From: Diplonema japonicum
Lineage: Eukaryota; Protista; Euglenozoa: Diplonemea
NCBI GenBank assembly: GCA_964019335.1
Contig: OZ025726.1
Span: 310,001-374,000, forward strand
Reading direction: 5' to 3'
Length of the DNA: 64,000 nucleotides
Shown: positions 34,636 through 46,696 of the stretch, piece by piece
How the letters are laid out: each line of letters starts with the position of its first letter
Numbering within the stretch: position 1 is the first letter of the stretch
The notes under the pieces: model-generated
The model's database searches: none
What the model was told of the DNA's origin: nothing
Seen by the model: the letters and a program-made list of their open reading frames with translations, nothing else
Position numbers and translations under genes: made by a program

Positions 34636-35892
34636 TTAAACCATGTAACTAGCACCGCAAGTCGGGTTGCATGACCGGGGGGGCGACGGACCGGTCAAGT
34701 AATGGCAGGGGTCATACAGGTTATCCGACGTTGGCGTGGTGGACGGAGCGGCCCACCATTTCGAGACCGCCTCCTGCATGGTATAATTGCTCACAGAGAA
34801 AGTAACAAAATCAGGGGTTTGAGCCTCGCAGTGGGTGTGGCAAGAGTGTATAAACGCACCGCCTCCTGTTCCTTGTCGAAACCCGGTTTTTTCCAAAGTC
34901 CCGCTGAAATCCGTCATGTACTGGTTCATCTGCACGATTTGAGTCTGGTTACACATATCGGGATTCTGCCCGCAGTGGTGGTAGTCACCAAAGGAATTGC
35001 ACCGCCCGTTTCCTGTTTTTGTTTGGTTGGGAAAGTTGGGGAAGAGCTGCGAGAGGTAGATGCATATAGTCTGCCAGTAGTCAAGACCCGAATTAATCAG
35101 GAAAACAGGGTGCTGGACGTGGGGAAGCGCGTTCTGCGGGAAGAAACAGTTCCACTTCTGGGAATCGTTCCCGTACCCCGCGAGGCATTCCGGGTCCAAC
35201 CCCGACACGGAGTTCGTGAGGTTGACCATGTTCCGGATTTCATCAGCGAAGATCGGCTGTTTTTCAATATTATCGTGGTTTAGAAAAAAACCCGACATCG
35301 GAACAACCCGGAACGTCTCCAGGTTCGGACAGTTTTTTTTAAGAAAATCCCCTACCCAGTTTGCGTGCAATATCGACGCGAGGGCTCCTGCGGAACACCC
35401 TGTTAAAACCACCCTTTTAGCACTCCCCAACCCCATAGAGAGAAGCTTGTTGAAAGAAGATATCATGTTTTGTTTTCCTTTGAAGTGCAGTGCGGTGTTA
35501 TTCACGGTGATTGGTGTTGAGACATCGCCTGAGAACGAGGTGCCGTCGCAGTAAGAAAGCTTCACCCTGTTGAAGTTGCAGAAGTCGGGGTTGTGGTGGC
35601 AGTCTGGGTTCATCAAGCCGTGTATTGTGGTCCCGTTTGCCCAGTCCTTGGAGCTTCCCAACGAGGTCTGTGCTCTGCCGTAGCAGTCCATCTCATCATA
35701 GCACCACCCGCCCCCTTCGAAATATATTTCCCAGTCATCCACATTCGATGCGTTGCTGGCCGTGCGGTGGTAAAACCCTGTCGGTGTTCCATCCAAGCAC
35801 ATCGCCCCCTCGCTGACCTCATCCTTCATGAGGTACAGTTGCATGTCAAACGTGCTCCCGAGCACCAGCATTGGAACAATTTTGTGTAACAT
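34636..35892 (-). CDS. Secreted pectin acetylesterase / Notum-family hydrolase (418 aa)
   Basis: CLDGTP, YFEGGGWC, YCDGTSFSGD, LTGCSAG (nucleophile), INSGLDYWQ, HSCHTHC, CNPTC. True ATG at 35892 (MLHKIVPMLV); the upstream part of the ORF is low-complexity UTR. Confidence 0.92.
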   Translation of the reverse strand: MLHKIVPMLVLGSTFDMQLYLMKDEVSEGAMCLDGTPTGFYHRTASNASNVDDWEIYFEGGGWCYDEMDCYGRAQTSLGSSKDWANGTTIHGLMNPDCHHNPDFCNFNRVKLSYCDGTSFSGDVSTPITVNNTALHFKGKQNMISSFNKLLSMGLGSAKRVVLTGCSAGALASILHANWVGDFLKKNCPNLETFRVVPMSGFFLNHDNIEKQPIFADEIRNMVNLTNSVSGLDPECLAGYGNDSQKWNCFFPQNALPHVQHPVFLINSGLDYWQTICIYLSQLFPNFPNQTKTGNGRCNSFGDYHHCGQNPDMCNQTQIVQMNQYMTDFSGTLEKTGFRQGTGGGAFIHSCHTHCEAQTPDFVTFSVSNYTMQEAVSKWWAAPSTTPTSDNLYDPCHYLTGPSPPRSCNPTCGASYMV

Positions 35893-38800
35893 TCTTTTTT
35901 TTTTCTTTTTTTTTTTCTTCCTCCCTCCTCCCCTCCTATTTTTTATTTGTGAGGAGAAAAAAAAATGAAGAAGAAGCAGAAAACAGTGAATAAAAGAGAA
36001 AAAAAAAAGGGTGGATGAAAAAAAAAAGGGGGTGACAAGGAAAAAAAAAAAAAAAGAGAGAGTAATGGAAAAAAAAAAGGAGGGGTGAGGGGGAAAATAA
36101 TCGAGGGATGGGGAGGGGAGGGGGCGGAGCGAAAAAAGAAAAAGAAAAAGAAGAACGTGAGAGGGAAAAACTGATATAGGGAGTGAAAGAAAAAAAAGGG
36201 GGAGAAACCAGGGAGGGCAGGGGGGGGGGGGGGGGGGAAGAAGAATAAAAAAGAAGTAGCATGGTGAAGCAGATCCTTCTGCTCTTTTTCCTTCTTCTTC
36301 TTCCCTTTTCTTCAAAAAAAAACTCACGTACTCAGGGAGTTTTTGTTACGAAAAGAACAAAGGGAGGGGAAAAGACACTTTGGAAGGGGGGGAGAAAGGG
36401 GGCAGATATAAGGGTAAATCCACAACTATCGGAATGGAGCACGGGAATTTCTTCTTTTTTTTTTTATTTCTATTCTTCTTCTTTCTCTTTCCTTGTTGCA
36501 CAGGTCCTTCTGCTCCTGCTTACGATCAAGTCCCTCCTGTTATGTTGGTGACCACTGGCAAATTTTTTAACTTGAGTCGTTTCTTCAGTTTCTTGTAAAA
36601 AAAAAAAGAAAAAAAGTGGGAAATAAGTGGTAAACACAAAACAGAACAGACCAATATGGGGGGGAAAAAAAGGGGGAAGGGATCAAAAAAAAAAAAAAAA
36701 AAAAAAACTCTACAACTCCTGTTTCTTTTCTTTAAAAAAAAACATCCTTCCTTTTTGATATTTTCCCCTTTTCCTGAGACCTCTTGTGTTTTTTTTTTCC
36801 TTGCCCTTTCTTTGAAAAGGTGAGAAAATAAAAAATGCCATAGTCAAAAAAAGGGAGAGAGAGAGAGATAACCTGTTATTTTCCTTCCCCCTCCCTCTTC
36901 AATGAACCAAGAAAATGGATCCTTTACCCCCATTTTTTTCCCTTCTCGTGCCGTATTTACTTATTACAGCCTTTTCCTTTTTCCTTCTGCAATCAGAATC
37001 ATCGATAGATTCCACTAACTTCTCGATGGGGCCACCCCTTCTCTCTCTCTCTCTCTCTCTCTTTGACCGTAAAAAAAAAAAGAAGGGGGGCATGAAGTAA
37101 ACAACAAACCAAAACTTGTTTTTTTTTTCGCAAATAAAGAAGTGGCGAAGGGAAGAAAATAATGAATATCGGTAATAGAACTCATAACAGCCCCCCCCGC
37201 CCACCATGCTGTAGTTGTGGCTACACCTAGATTCGAGACAAGAAAGAAAAAGAAAAAAGAAAGCAGGGAAAAATATCTCAGGAAAGAACAACAATGGCAG
37301 GTGGGGGAGGGGGAAAGGTAAAAAAAAAGGGGGGAGGGGGGGAAAAAAATCTATTGGGGGATAACTCAATACCTATTTGCTTCTCTTAGGGCTTCTTTTG
37401 TTTCCCGTCTTTCTTTTTCATGTGAGTTTTTTTTTGTTTTTTTTTTTTCCTTCTTCTCATTCTTTTCTTCTTTTTAGCAGATGAAAAAAATGCTAAAAAA
37501 GAGGAAGGTGGGGGGGGGGCAGAAAAAAAAAGAAGGGGTGCACTGAAAAGAGGGCAGTTTTTAACCGCCCGGCTGACTCTCTCTTTTTTATTTTTTCTAC
37601 CCCCCTTTTTTTTTAAATTCTTCGTTCTTTCTTTTCCTCCCTCTTTTTTCGCATTTTGAGATTCGTTCCGCAAAAAAAAAAAGAAAAGAAGAAAAAAGAA
37701 AAAAATCCCTTCCTGGCTCCTTCTTTTTTTTTTCTCTTTGTTTTTTCTTCCCTCCCATACGTACTGGTTGTGGGGTAGAAGGAAGAAACAAAGTACTGGT
37801 ATAAGGGTAAAGAAAAAGAGAAGAAAAAAAAAGTGAAGGGAAATATAAAAATTCTACTTTAATTTCCTCCCAACAGTTTTGTTTTTTTCTTGTTTGATTG
37901 GGGGTTTGCTTTTCTTCAAAATTATTGTAACTTTTTTTTTCCCCCCTACTTAACTTTTGAAAAAAAGAGAAAAAAAAAAAATAAATTGAACTTTCCCAGA
38001 AAGTTACAATACAGTACAATGAGTACAATTCTTTTTTTCTTCTTCTTCTTCTTTTTTTTTTTTTGAGAAGACCTATGGTGATGTGGCTTAAAATAGGGTG
38101 TTGTCTTGGGGTATTATTGGTTCCTTTTTTTTTTTCTTCTTCCTTGGTCCTAAGCTTGTGCGCCTGTTTTACAATCTTTTTAGATGCATTTCTTTCTTTC
38201 TGGGGGAGGGGGAAAAATGGAATGTTTAGGTGAACTTTTTTTTTTTTAAACTTTTTTTTTCATGAAGGAACGGACCATCAAACTGTTGCGAAAAAAGAAA
38301 GGGGAAAATAAAAAGGAAAAGGAAAAGAAAAGGGAGCGTGGAGGTTCTTCTTCTTTTTTTTTTTTTTTTTTTGGATGGTAATTTTTTTTTCCCCTCCTTC
38401 TTTGGTGCCACACATACGTTAGTCTCTCAAAGACTAAGAGCCTCCCCCCCAAAAAAAAGATTTTTTTTTAGCGAAAGTGCTAAAACAATCCAATTTCGAT
38501 GCCTCGAAAAAAAAAAATGGCGCAAACTTACCCTAAAGAAAAAGAAAAAAAGCAATTGGAGAGAGACGGGGATGGGTGCGGTGAGAGGTTTCCGGCAGGG
38601 AAAAGTGTGCAGAGGGGCTTTTCAAGAAAAAAAAAAGGAAACAAAAAAGAAAGAGGAGAATAAAGTAGTGGGGCGCTTGGCCGAGCTGTGGCCGGCAGAA
38701 CGCAGGATTATTTGCTTCAAATGACCTACCTACTGGCCAATAAAAAGAGTTTGAATAAAGAGAAGAAAAGAAAGGGGGCAGGAAAAGGGTTAATCGGGAT

Positions 38801-39062
38801 TCAGACTGGATTAAACTATTTCCAAAAAAGAGAAGAGAATAAAATGGGGGGGGGTTGTGATGAATATAGTAGTGCCATAAAAAAAAAGTTTCTTTTTCTT
38901 TCCTCTTTTTCCCCTTCTCTTTTCTTTATTTGCCCCAAATATGTCTTTGTTCATTACATTCCCCTTTCAAAAAAAAAGAAAAACCCCCAATTGTGTTTAC
39001 TTTTCGTTGCTAATCTGCATGTCTGCACACGTTATCGCAGTACTTTTTTTTTTGAAAAAAAG

Positions 39063-39144
39063 TGACGAGAGTGGGGTTTGAACCCACGCCTCCGAAGAGA
39101 TTGCGGCCTTAACGCAACGCCTTAGACCGCTCGGCCATCTCGCC
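39063..39144 (-). tRNA. tRNA-Leu(AAG)
   Basis: GGCGAGA TGGCCGAGCGGTCTAAGGC G TTGCG TTAAGGC CGCAA, long variable arm, GTGGG TTCAAAC CCCAC TCTCGTC A. Confidence 0.95.
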
Positions 39145-39322
39145 GCTGAATTTCCGCAGGTGTTCACATGAAGTATGGTACCTGAATTGCCTCCCCCAAA
39201 AATTCACTTTCCAGTGGAAGGGTGGCATGACTCAAGTGTCAACCCATCAAACACTGGGGGAAAACAAAAGAAGGGGATTTCACAAAGATTTTTTTTTCTT
39301 CTTTTCTTTTCCTGTTTTTTTC

Positions 39323-39353
<31 letters not shown>

Positions 39354-40348
39354 ACTTTCCCCCCTTTTCCGGACTGTTTCTGTGCCTAGAAACGCGCAAA
39401 AGGATAATAAAAATCGGGTATTAATGGGTGGGAAGGGTGGGATTGTAATGCAAAGAGGGGAAATGGGCGAGGGGGTGATCAAAGGAACGTGGCGAGGTGT
39501 GATGAGGGGATGAAAAGGGTACAGGTATCCGCTCTTTTAGGGGGCCAAACATTGCAAGCACGGTCAAAAGGGGGGATTAAGGAAGTACCAAGTACACCAT
39601 CTCTTTTCACACAGGCACACAAACCCCACTCGAACAAAGGAAGGGCGCTGAAGGGCCAACCTCCCAGTGAGGCGGCACGTAATTGATTAGCATGCCCCTC
39701 TGTTCTTTTGTGATCAATAAAAAAAATTTTTTTTCTCTCTTTTTTTTTTCTTTCCTGTTTCCCTCTTTTTTTTTTTTTTTTTTTTTTCTTCGGCACCTAA
39801 AGACAGAAACAGAACTAAAAAATATATAGGGGCTAATTTTTTGCTTAGGAGAAAGCAGGGGTAAAAAAAAGGGGGGGGAGGGTGGGTGAAAAATAAAGAA
39901 AAAGGAAGACAACCATGCCTAATAGTAAAAAAAAAAAAAAAAATACAAAAAAAAGGGGGGGGAAGAAAAGGAGGGGAAAAAAAATCCAACACCCCCCCGA
40001 GGACACAAAAAAGCCCCTGATTATCTCATAAAGATTTTCCCGAACAGAATAGGTTTCTTTTTCTTTTCTTTTCTTTTTTTTTTTTTTCCCTAAGGAGCTA
40101 AAGCTTTTCTTGCCAGAAATTCAAGGGCCCGCGGGCGAGGGATTTTTTTTTTCAGAGGAAAAAAAAAAAAAAAAAAAAGACAAAAGGAACAGCTTTGAAG
40201 CAGCCTTTTTATTGGAGAACCGCCTCCCCTTTCAAAAAAAAAAAAACTAACTTTTCAAACTTTTTTTTTTAAAAAACCCCGTTTATATTAAATTTCAAAA
40301 AAAAAAACTTTTTTTTTGTTCTCCCCCCCCCCATTTTTTTTTCTTCAC

Positions 40349-41332
40349 TCACACAGCAATGTCATCGTGGCTGATATCCTCTACTTCTTCTTCAGCTTTC
40401 TTCCTCCCATAAGGCTCGTGTGTTGCCTCGGACACTGCAGATGGAGGCGATTCGTTGTAAGGATCATTGACCGGGATCCCGTCCTCACCGTCATCACGGC
40501 AGGTGAAATGCCAAATAATGAAACCGACAATAGCAGCAAGCAAGAGGATACCGAAAATAATCCCTGCTACGGCTGAGTCGGTCAGTGCGGCATCGTCACC
40601 TTCCGTGTCAAGCTCACAAGACGGGACGACCTTACCATTCACAAACTCATCAAAAGGAACATATCCAGGGTTGCACACCAGCGCCCTGCACACACCCTCA
40701 ACAATAATAGTCTGTTGTGCGTTTAAAACAATGCAAGTAGGAATCGGACCCGGGTCCGGGTGGAAGGAAGTTTTGATGGAACTAATAGTACCGTCGTACC
40801 CCAGTGCGGTGGTGTATTTTTCGTTGCTGGCCAACAAATGGATTTCGTTAATCATTTTGGTGTACTGGGAACTGATGTTAACAGCATTGAGCGGTGCTTG
40901 GACCACCATAGAGATGGACCCGCACAAGTAGAACGTTTGCTGGCTAACGAAAATTTGGTCAAACATGTTGTCAAAAGTGGAAATGGCGTCGATGATGGAT
41001 TTGAACTGGGAGCAGTCTGCGTCGGGGAATGTAGCCACGAAGTAGCCCAGGATGCCCACAAATTCCTCACCAGTTGTCGGTTGCTCGTAGCAGATTTCTC
41101 CGACGAACGGTAGTGTACACTGACACACCCTCACACCGTTTGACTCCTCGCAGGTTGCTGAGGTGTCTCCTTGTCTTGTGCAGTCCACGTCGGCCTGGCA
41201 CCAATCGGGCCCGGTGGTGTCCACTGGAGGCGCGTTTTGCAGCAGATCTGCTGCCCTGTCGCCCACAGAGATCAGCTCCCCTTCAGCCATGCACCCTACG
41301 CTTAGTAACATGATAGTGATTTTGGCATTCAT
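40349..41332 (-). CDS. Type I membrane protein with an EGF-like Cys-rich ectodomain (paralogue 1)
   Basis: Signal peptide, C..D.DC...GD..A.C.....CQC...F.G..C, a single C-terminal TM (AVAGIIFGILLLAAIVGFIIW), acidic tail ending DDIAV. Confidence 0.8.
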   Translation of the reverse strand: MNAKITIMLLSVGCMAEGELISVGDRAADLLQNAPPVDTTGPDWCQADVDCTRQGDTSATCEESNGVRVCQCTLPFVGEICYEQPTTGEEFVGILGYFVATFPDADCSQFKSIIDAISTFDNMFDQIFVSQQTFYLCGSISMVVQAPLNAVNISSQYTKMINEIHLLASNEKYTTALGYDGTISSIKTSFHPDPGPIPTCIVLNAQQTIIVEGVCRALVCNPGYVPFDEFVNGKVVPSCELDTEGDDAALTDSAVAGIIFGILLLAAIVGFIIWHFTCRDDGEDGIPVNDPYNESPPSAVSEATHEPYGRKKAEEEVEDISHDDIAV

Positions 41333-41353
41333 TTTTTTTTTTTTTTTCTTCTT

Positions 41354-41384
<31 letters not shown>

Positions 41385-42419
41385 TTTTGAGTTTTTGAAA
41401 TAAAAAAAAAAAAAAAAACAGAATCAAAAAAAAAGAAAAAAAGAAAAAAAGAAAAAAAGAAAAAACAGAATCAAAAAAAAAAAGGAGTGGAGAGGATAAA
41501 AAGAGAAAAAAAAAGAAAAAAGAGAGAGGTGGAATGGATAAAAAGAAAAAAAGGGGGGGGGGTTGGTATGAGAACAAGAAAAAAGGAAAGAGTGGTCTGT
41601 TGCTGCCTTTTAAGGCATACAAAGTCATATCATAATTAATACGGGCACAACAGGTAAGAAGAAGGAAGGGGGAAAAAAAAAAGAAGAAGAAAAGCCTCAT
41701 TAGATAAAGCATCTTTTTTTTTCTCCCCCTTCCCCCTCCCTGCTTCTCCTCATTCACCCCTTTCTATATTCTTTGCTTTTTTTTGGGGGGGGGAAAGTTG
41801 GAAAGAAAAGGGAATGGGTAGATATAAAAAAAAATGTAGAGAGGGAATGCGTTGAGGGAAAGGGAGAAGAAAAAAAAATCACTAGGGAGGGGGGAACTCT
41901 ACTCAAGTGCTTGCGAAGAAAAAAAAATAAATAAGGGGAAAAGGGGGAAGAAAAATAAATTACTTGCCTCCTTTTTTTTTTTCCCCGCCCAGTTTTCCTC
42001 TTTTTTTTTAAATCACCTTTGCAGACTGAAAAAAAAAAAAAGAAAAAAGGAAAACGAAACGCCGGTTGGTCGAGAAGGCATTTCAAAGCGACTTGGGTGG
42101 CATGGGAAGTTCGTGCGTTTGGGAAAAAAAAGAGAAAAAAAAAGAAAATAATAAAATATTAAAAGGGGAGGGGGGTGAGACAAAGAAGAGATTTTTGGGA
42201 AGAAAAAAAAATAACTTCTTCAGACTGGGTTCCCTACTACTTTTTTTTTTTTTTTTTTTGTTAATGAAACAAGAATTTTTTGCCCAATCTGACCCACCAG
42301 GTGCTGTGTGTTAGTTCTATTCATTTTTTTTTTCTTGTATTTTTTTTTTGTGGAGGTGATACGTGTGTGGGAGAGAGTGAAGGGGGACAAAGAAGAAAAA
42401 AAAAGGGGGAAGGGAGGGG

Positions 42420-42450
<31 letters not shown>

Positions 42451-43088
42451 GTTCGCAAGCAAAAGATAAAACCGAAAAAAAAACCTTTTTTTTTCTTCCT
42501 TTTCTGTTTCTTTTCTTTTGGCTCTACTTAAGCGTTCGTGCCTATGTTCCCATAGATTCAATGGAAGCACGGCCCAAGTGGAGATTCCAAAGGAAAAAAA
42601 GGAAAAGAGGGGAAAGAAAAAAAAGAAAAGAAAATGGAATCCTTCTGCCACTCTTCTTCCTCCTCCCCCCTTCCAAGGGGAAAGAGAAAACTTTCACAAA
42701 AACCACTCACTCAGAGGGGGCGGAAAAAAAATAATTATATTCACTGCGATGGGGAAGGGGAGGAAAAAAAAATCCACCAAAACAAAAAAAAGAAAATTGT
42801 TTGGGGGGGGGGAGGGGGACACGAAGTAGATGGGGTTCGAAGAATGGAAATGGGGAATGGGGGTTTTTTTTTTCTTTTTCTTCTTTCTTTTTTTTTTGTT
42901 CTTTTTTTTTGGGGGGAGGAGGGAAAATATAAAAAAAAATCAATTTCTTTCGCTGGCTAAGCCGGTATTTCTTTTTTTTTTTCTTCTTTTTCCCTTTCTT
43001 TCCCCTCCCAAGTGCTCGAAAACAAAAAGGGCTCTCGGTTCAAGTTTCCCTTTGTGGTGATGTTTTCAAACGAATAAAGAGAGAAGGG

Positions 43089-43129
<41 letters not shown>

Positions 43130-45294
43130 TTTTTTGAAGGTTCTACCATTGCACACATTTGCTGTAAAACTACAACCACACCCACTGGGAGACCAGGGGA
43201 TTTTTCTTTTTTTTTTTCTTTCCCCTCTCCCGTGTTGTTTTGTTTCACAATAGAATTTTGCAACAAGGTAAGATAGTATGTATCCAGGAGTAGACAAAAG
43301 AGAGAAATAAGTAAGAGAGAAAAAATTAGGGAGTGAAAGCACGTCACCCAGGACTTGCAGACTAAGGAAATCAAGGCCACATTACATTGGTACGGCCCTA
43401 CTATTTTTTAAAAGAATGCCTTTTGTCCTTAGCTTATAGCAATAAGAAAAAAAAAAGAAAGAAAAAACACATCCTGTGTGCAGTTATTACTTCAATCCCA
43501 TTCCATCACCTTCTCTATCTTTCCTTCTTTTTATCACTCCAGTGGAAAAAAAAAAAGAAAAAAAAAAGAGGGAGCTCAGAGGGGGGACACACTTTTATTA
43601 TTTTTTTGATCCTTTTTTTTTCACACATACCCTGCAGCACTTCCCCCCCTCCAAAAAAAATCTCCTTTTTCACTTGCTTTTTTCAAAGGAAAAACTTTTT
43701 TTATATTTCCAAACTTTTAGATCGCGCCACCCCCCCTAGCGTGTCTCCTGCAATTGAAACAGAAGAAAGTACAAGGGTTTGGTCTTAGAAAACAAAAAAA
43801 GAAAAAAAAAGGATAAGGGGACTGGTGGGGAGGGGGTTTGTCTAAGCAAGGGGGGGGGAGAAAAAAAGGAGGATGTGAAAAAAAAGTGTTTGGTAAAGGG
43901 GGGAAAAAATTAAGGTGGAATAAAAAAAAAAAAGAAAAACTTACGCGGAGGAAAAAAAAAAGAGAAAAAAAAAAAAGAAAGAAAAGAAAAGTGATTGCAC
44001 ATGGTTTCTTTTTATTATTTTTTTTTCTTCTTCTTTTTTTCTTATTATTTTTTTTCTCTATCGAAAAAAAATGAGAATGGAAAAAAAAATCAGGGGGGGG
44101 TAGACACCCAATTCCTTGATGAGGAGGCACCTTGAGGCCCCATATGTTCTTATTTTTTTTATCAAAAATAAAGTGGCGAAAGCAGAAAAAGAAGAGGGGG
44201 GGGAAAAACAAAAAAAAACAAAAAGAGAAAGTGCAATCACAGAAAGTATTTTTTTTCCTTCCTTTTTTCTTTTTTTTTCCTTTTCTTCTTCCTCCTGTTC
44301 CAATTCCTTTTTTTGTTTGTTTTGTTTTTTTTGGTTTCTTTTTTTTTTTTTTTTTTTTTTTTTTGCTGATTTTTTTTTTCTCTTTTCTTCCTTCATTTTC
44401 TTAGCAATCGGTGATAATTTGTGGTTTGATTGCTATTTCCACTTTTACATGATTATTATTATTTTTTTTTTAAATATGGAATTTAAGAAAAAAAAAAGAA
44501 GAAAAAGAATTAGGGTTGCTTGCTCCCGCCTCGACTGTCCCTGGGCTCGTGATCGGCTACTGGGAGATTGTGGGATTCCGCCTGCTGGCTCTGTCAGCGA
44601 AGTGGTGGTTTTTTTTTTAATTTCTTTCAATTTTTGGGTTGGGCTTTATGCTTTTTTTTTTTATATATTTTTTTTATTTTTTTTTGTGTATCAGTCCGAC
44701 CAGTAATTACAGACCAGCCAAAAAGGGGCTGTAAAAAATAAATGGCTTGAGATCCCCCTTTTCTTTTTTTTTCCCCCCCCGCTATATGTAGTTCAGCTCC
44801 CCCCCCAGGGAAAAAAACAAAATACAAAAAATCATCAAATAAAAAAAAATACCCCTGTATTTTTTTTTCTCTTTTTTTTTCCTCCCTCCCTCCTCCCCCC
44901 CCATTTTTTTTCTCTTTTGTATTTTAGTTTTTTTTTTTTTTTTTTTTTTTTTTCTTTTTTTTTTTATTAAATCTCACTTTTCGGAAAAATTCTTCACTCC
45001 GGAAGGCTCTATTATCTTAAATGGTAGGAGGTTCATAATTTGATTTCTGCTGGAAGCTAAAGAAAGACAGCCTGGCAAGTTGCTAGTAAGCAGAATTTGC
45101 TAGTAAGAAAACCCTTTTGTTGTCAGATGGCAGGCTCCTATTCTGGCCTTTGATAGCCATAATCTGATTTTGGTGGTTTTGCCCATTTTTTTTAAGAAAA
45201 GTGAGATTTAAAAATTACTTACTTGCCACCAGATTATGGCCATTCCTTTCACTCTCGAACCCTTTCTTTTTTTTTTTTTTTCTTTTTTTTTTTT

Positions 45295-45328
<34 letters not shown>

Positions 45329-45515
45329 CGGGTTTCTTGAGTGAAATTATGGCCAAAATCTGTTTAAGCTATTTTTTTTTTTTTGTTTGTTTGCTTTTTT
45401 TTTTTTTTTTTTTTTTTTTTTGTTCCACGCGCTAATTTAAAAAAAAAAAGCTGCGAGACCAAAAATATGATAGGAAAGAAAGAAAATAAAATAATAAAAA
45501 AAAAAAACCTCACTT

Positions 45516-46505
45516 TCAAACCGCCACGTCTTCATCCACAACCTTATCATCTGCACTGTATGGTACAGCATGACGTGCTGACTCCCCATCTGAGTCACCA
45601 TCTTTGTTCCCGTACGGCCCTCTTGTGCTCTCGCTGGGGTGGTCCGCAAACGGGTCATTGGCATTAACACGGATCCCGTCCTCACCATCGTCACGGCACA
45701 TAAAGTGCCAGAGAAGAAATGCGACGATAGCAAGAATCAATAGAACCGAGAAAACGATCGCGGCAATGGTGGCGTCAGTGAGAGCAGCATCATCCGTTTC
45801 AGTAATAAGCTCACAGCTCGCCACCACCTTCCCGTTCACAAAAACATCCTTTTTAACATACCCAGACCTGCACTCCAACGCCCTGCAAACATTTTCAATA
45901 ATAAGCGTTTTGTTAGAATCAAGAACAATGCATGTTGGGATCCCGTTACCAGGGTCAGTGTGCCATGACACCTTGATGCCTCCAGGGGTGTATTGAAGCG
46001 CGCTCGTGTACTTTTCGTTAGCGGAAAGAGTGTTAACATCTTCTAGCATTGACTGGTAGAAGGTTGTGATATTCCTTGCATCAACACCGACCTCAACTGC
46101 CATGTTGATAGAACCACATAGGTAGTACACCCGTGACTGGGCGTACAACTGCTCAAACATGGTGTTAAAGTCTGCGATGGCAGATTCGATGTTTAGAAAT
46201 TCCTCGCAGTTCGCGTCTGGGAAGGTGAGGACGAAGATACCGACGATTCGAATGAGGTCGTCTGGGTTCTCCGGTTCGGGGTAGCAGACCTCGCCGAGGA
46301 AGGTCGGTGAGCACTGGCACGTCCCGCTTGCCGTGTCGCACTGCGCCCCCGTGTCCCCCAACCTCGTGCAGTCCAGATCCGTTTGGCAAAACACCAAATC
46401 GATCGAGTCCGCCGGCGGAGACGCCTGCAACAACTCCACCGCTCTATCCCCGACGCTGTTCGCCGCGAACACCGTTGCTACCAATCCAAATACCGTGCTC
46501 AACAT
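45516..46505 (-). CDS. Type I membrane protein with an EGF-like Cys-rich ectodomain (paralogue 2)
   Basis: Colinear with 40349..41332 (SVGDRA..LLQ, TFPDA.C, YLCGSI, ANEKYT.AL, IPTCIVL, FVNGKVV.SCEL, CRDDGEDGI); tail ends EDVAV. Confidence 0.8.
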   Translation of the reverse strand: MLSTVFGLVATVFAANSVGDRAVELLQASPPADSIDLVFCQTDLDCTRLGDTGAQCDTASGTCQCSPTFLGEVCYPEPENPDDLIRIVGIFVLTFPDANCEEFLNIESAIADFNTMFEQLYAQSRVYYLCGSINMAVEVGVDARNITTFYQSMLEDVNTLSANEKYTSALQYTPGGIKVSWHTDPGNGIPTCIVLDSNKTLIIENVCRALECRSGYVKKDVFVNGKVVASCELITETDDAALTDATIAAIVFSVLLILAIVAFLLWHFMCRDDGEDGIRVNANDPFADHPSESTRGPYGNKDGDSDGESARHAVPYSADDKVVDEDVAV

Positions 46506-46696
46506 TTTTTATTTTTTTTTTTGTGGAAAAAAGTGTGGTTTTTTTTCTCTTTTTTTTTTTTGAAACTTTTGAAAAAAAGGAAAAAATAAAAAATAAAAGA
46601 GGGGGGTAGGTAGATAGATAAAATAGGGGTGTAATGTACTTTTTTTTCTTCTTAAAAAAAATCTTTTTTTTTGTCTTTTGTTTTGTTTCTTTCCTT

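Noticed and set aside
35893-36327. N-terminal extension of the 563-aa ORF (similar extensions at 8450-8506, 50279-50437, 51501-51722, 54994-55101)
   Set aside because: Low-complexity leader/polypyrimidine sequence; the real starts are the ATGs following the A-runs.
39490-39700. Complex-sequence island upstream of tRNA-Leu as a possible Pol III ncRNA
   Set aside because: No recognisable family motif or convincing fold could be established by eye.
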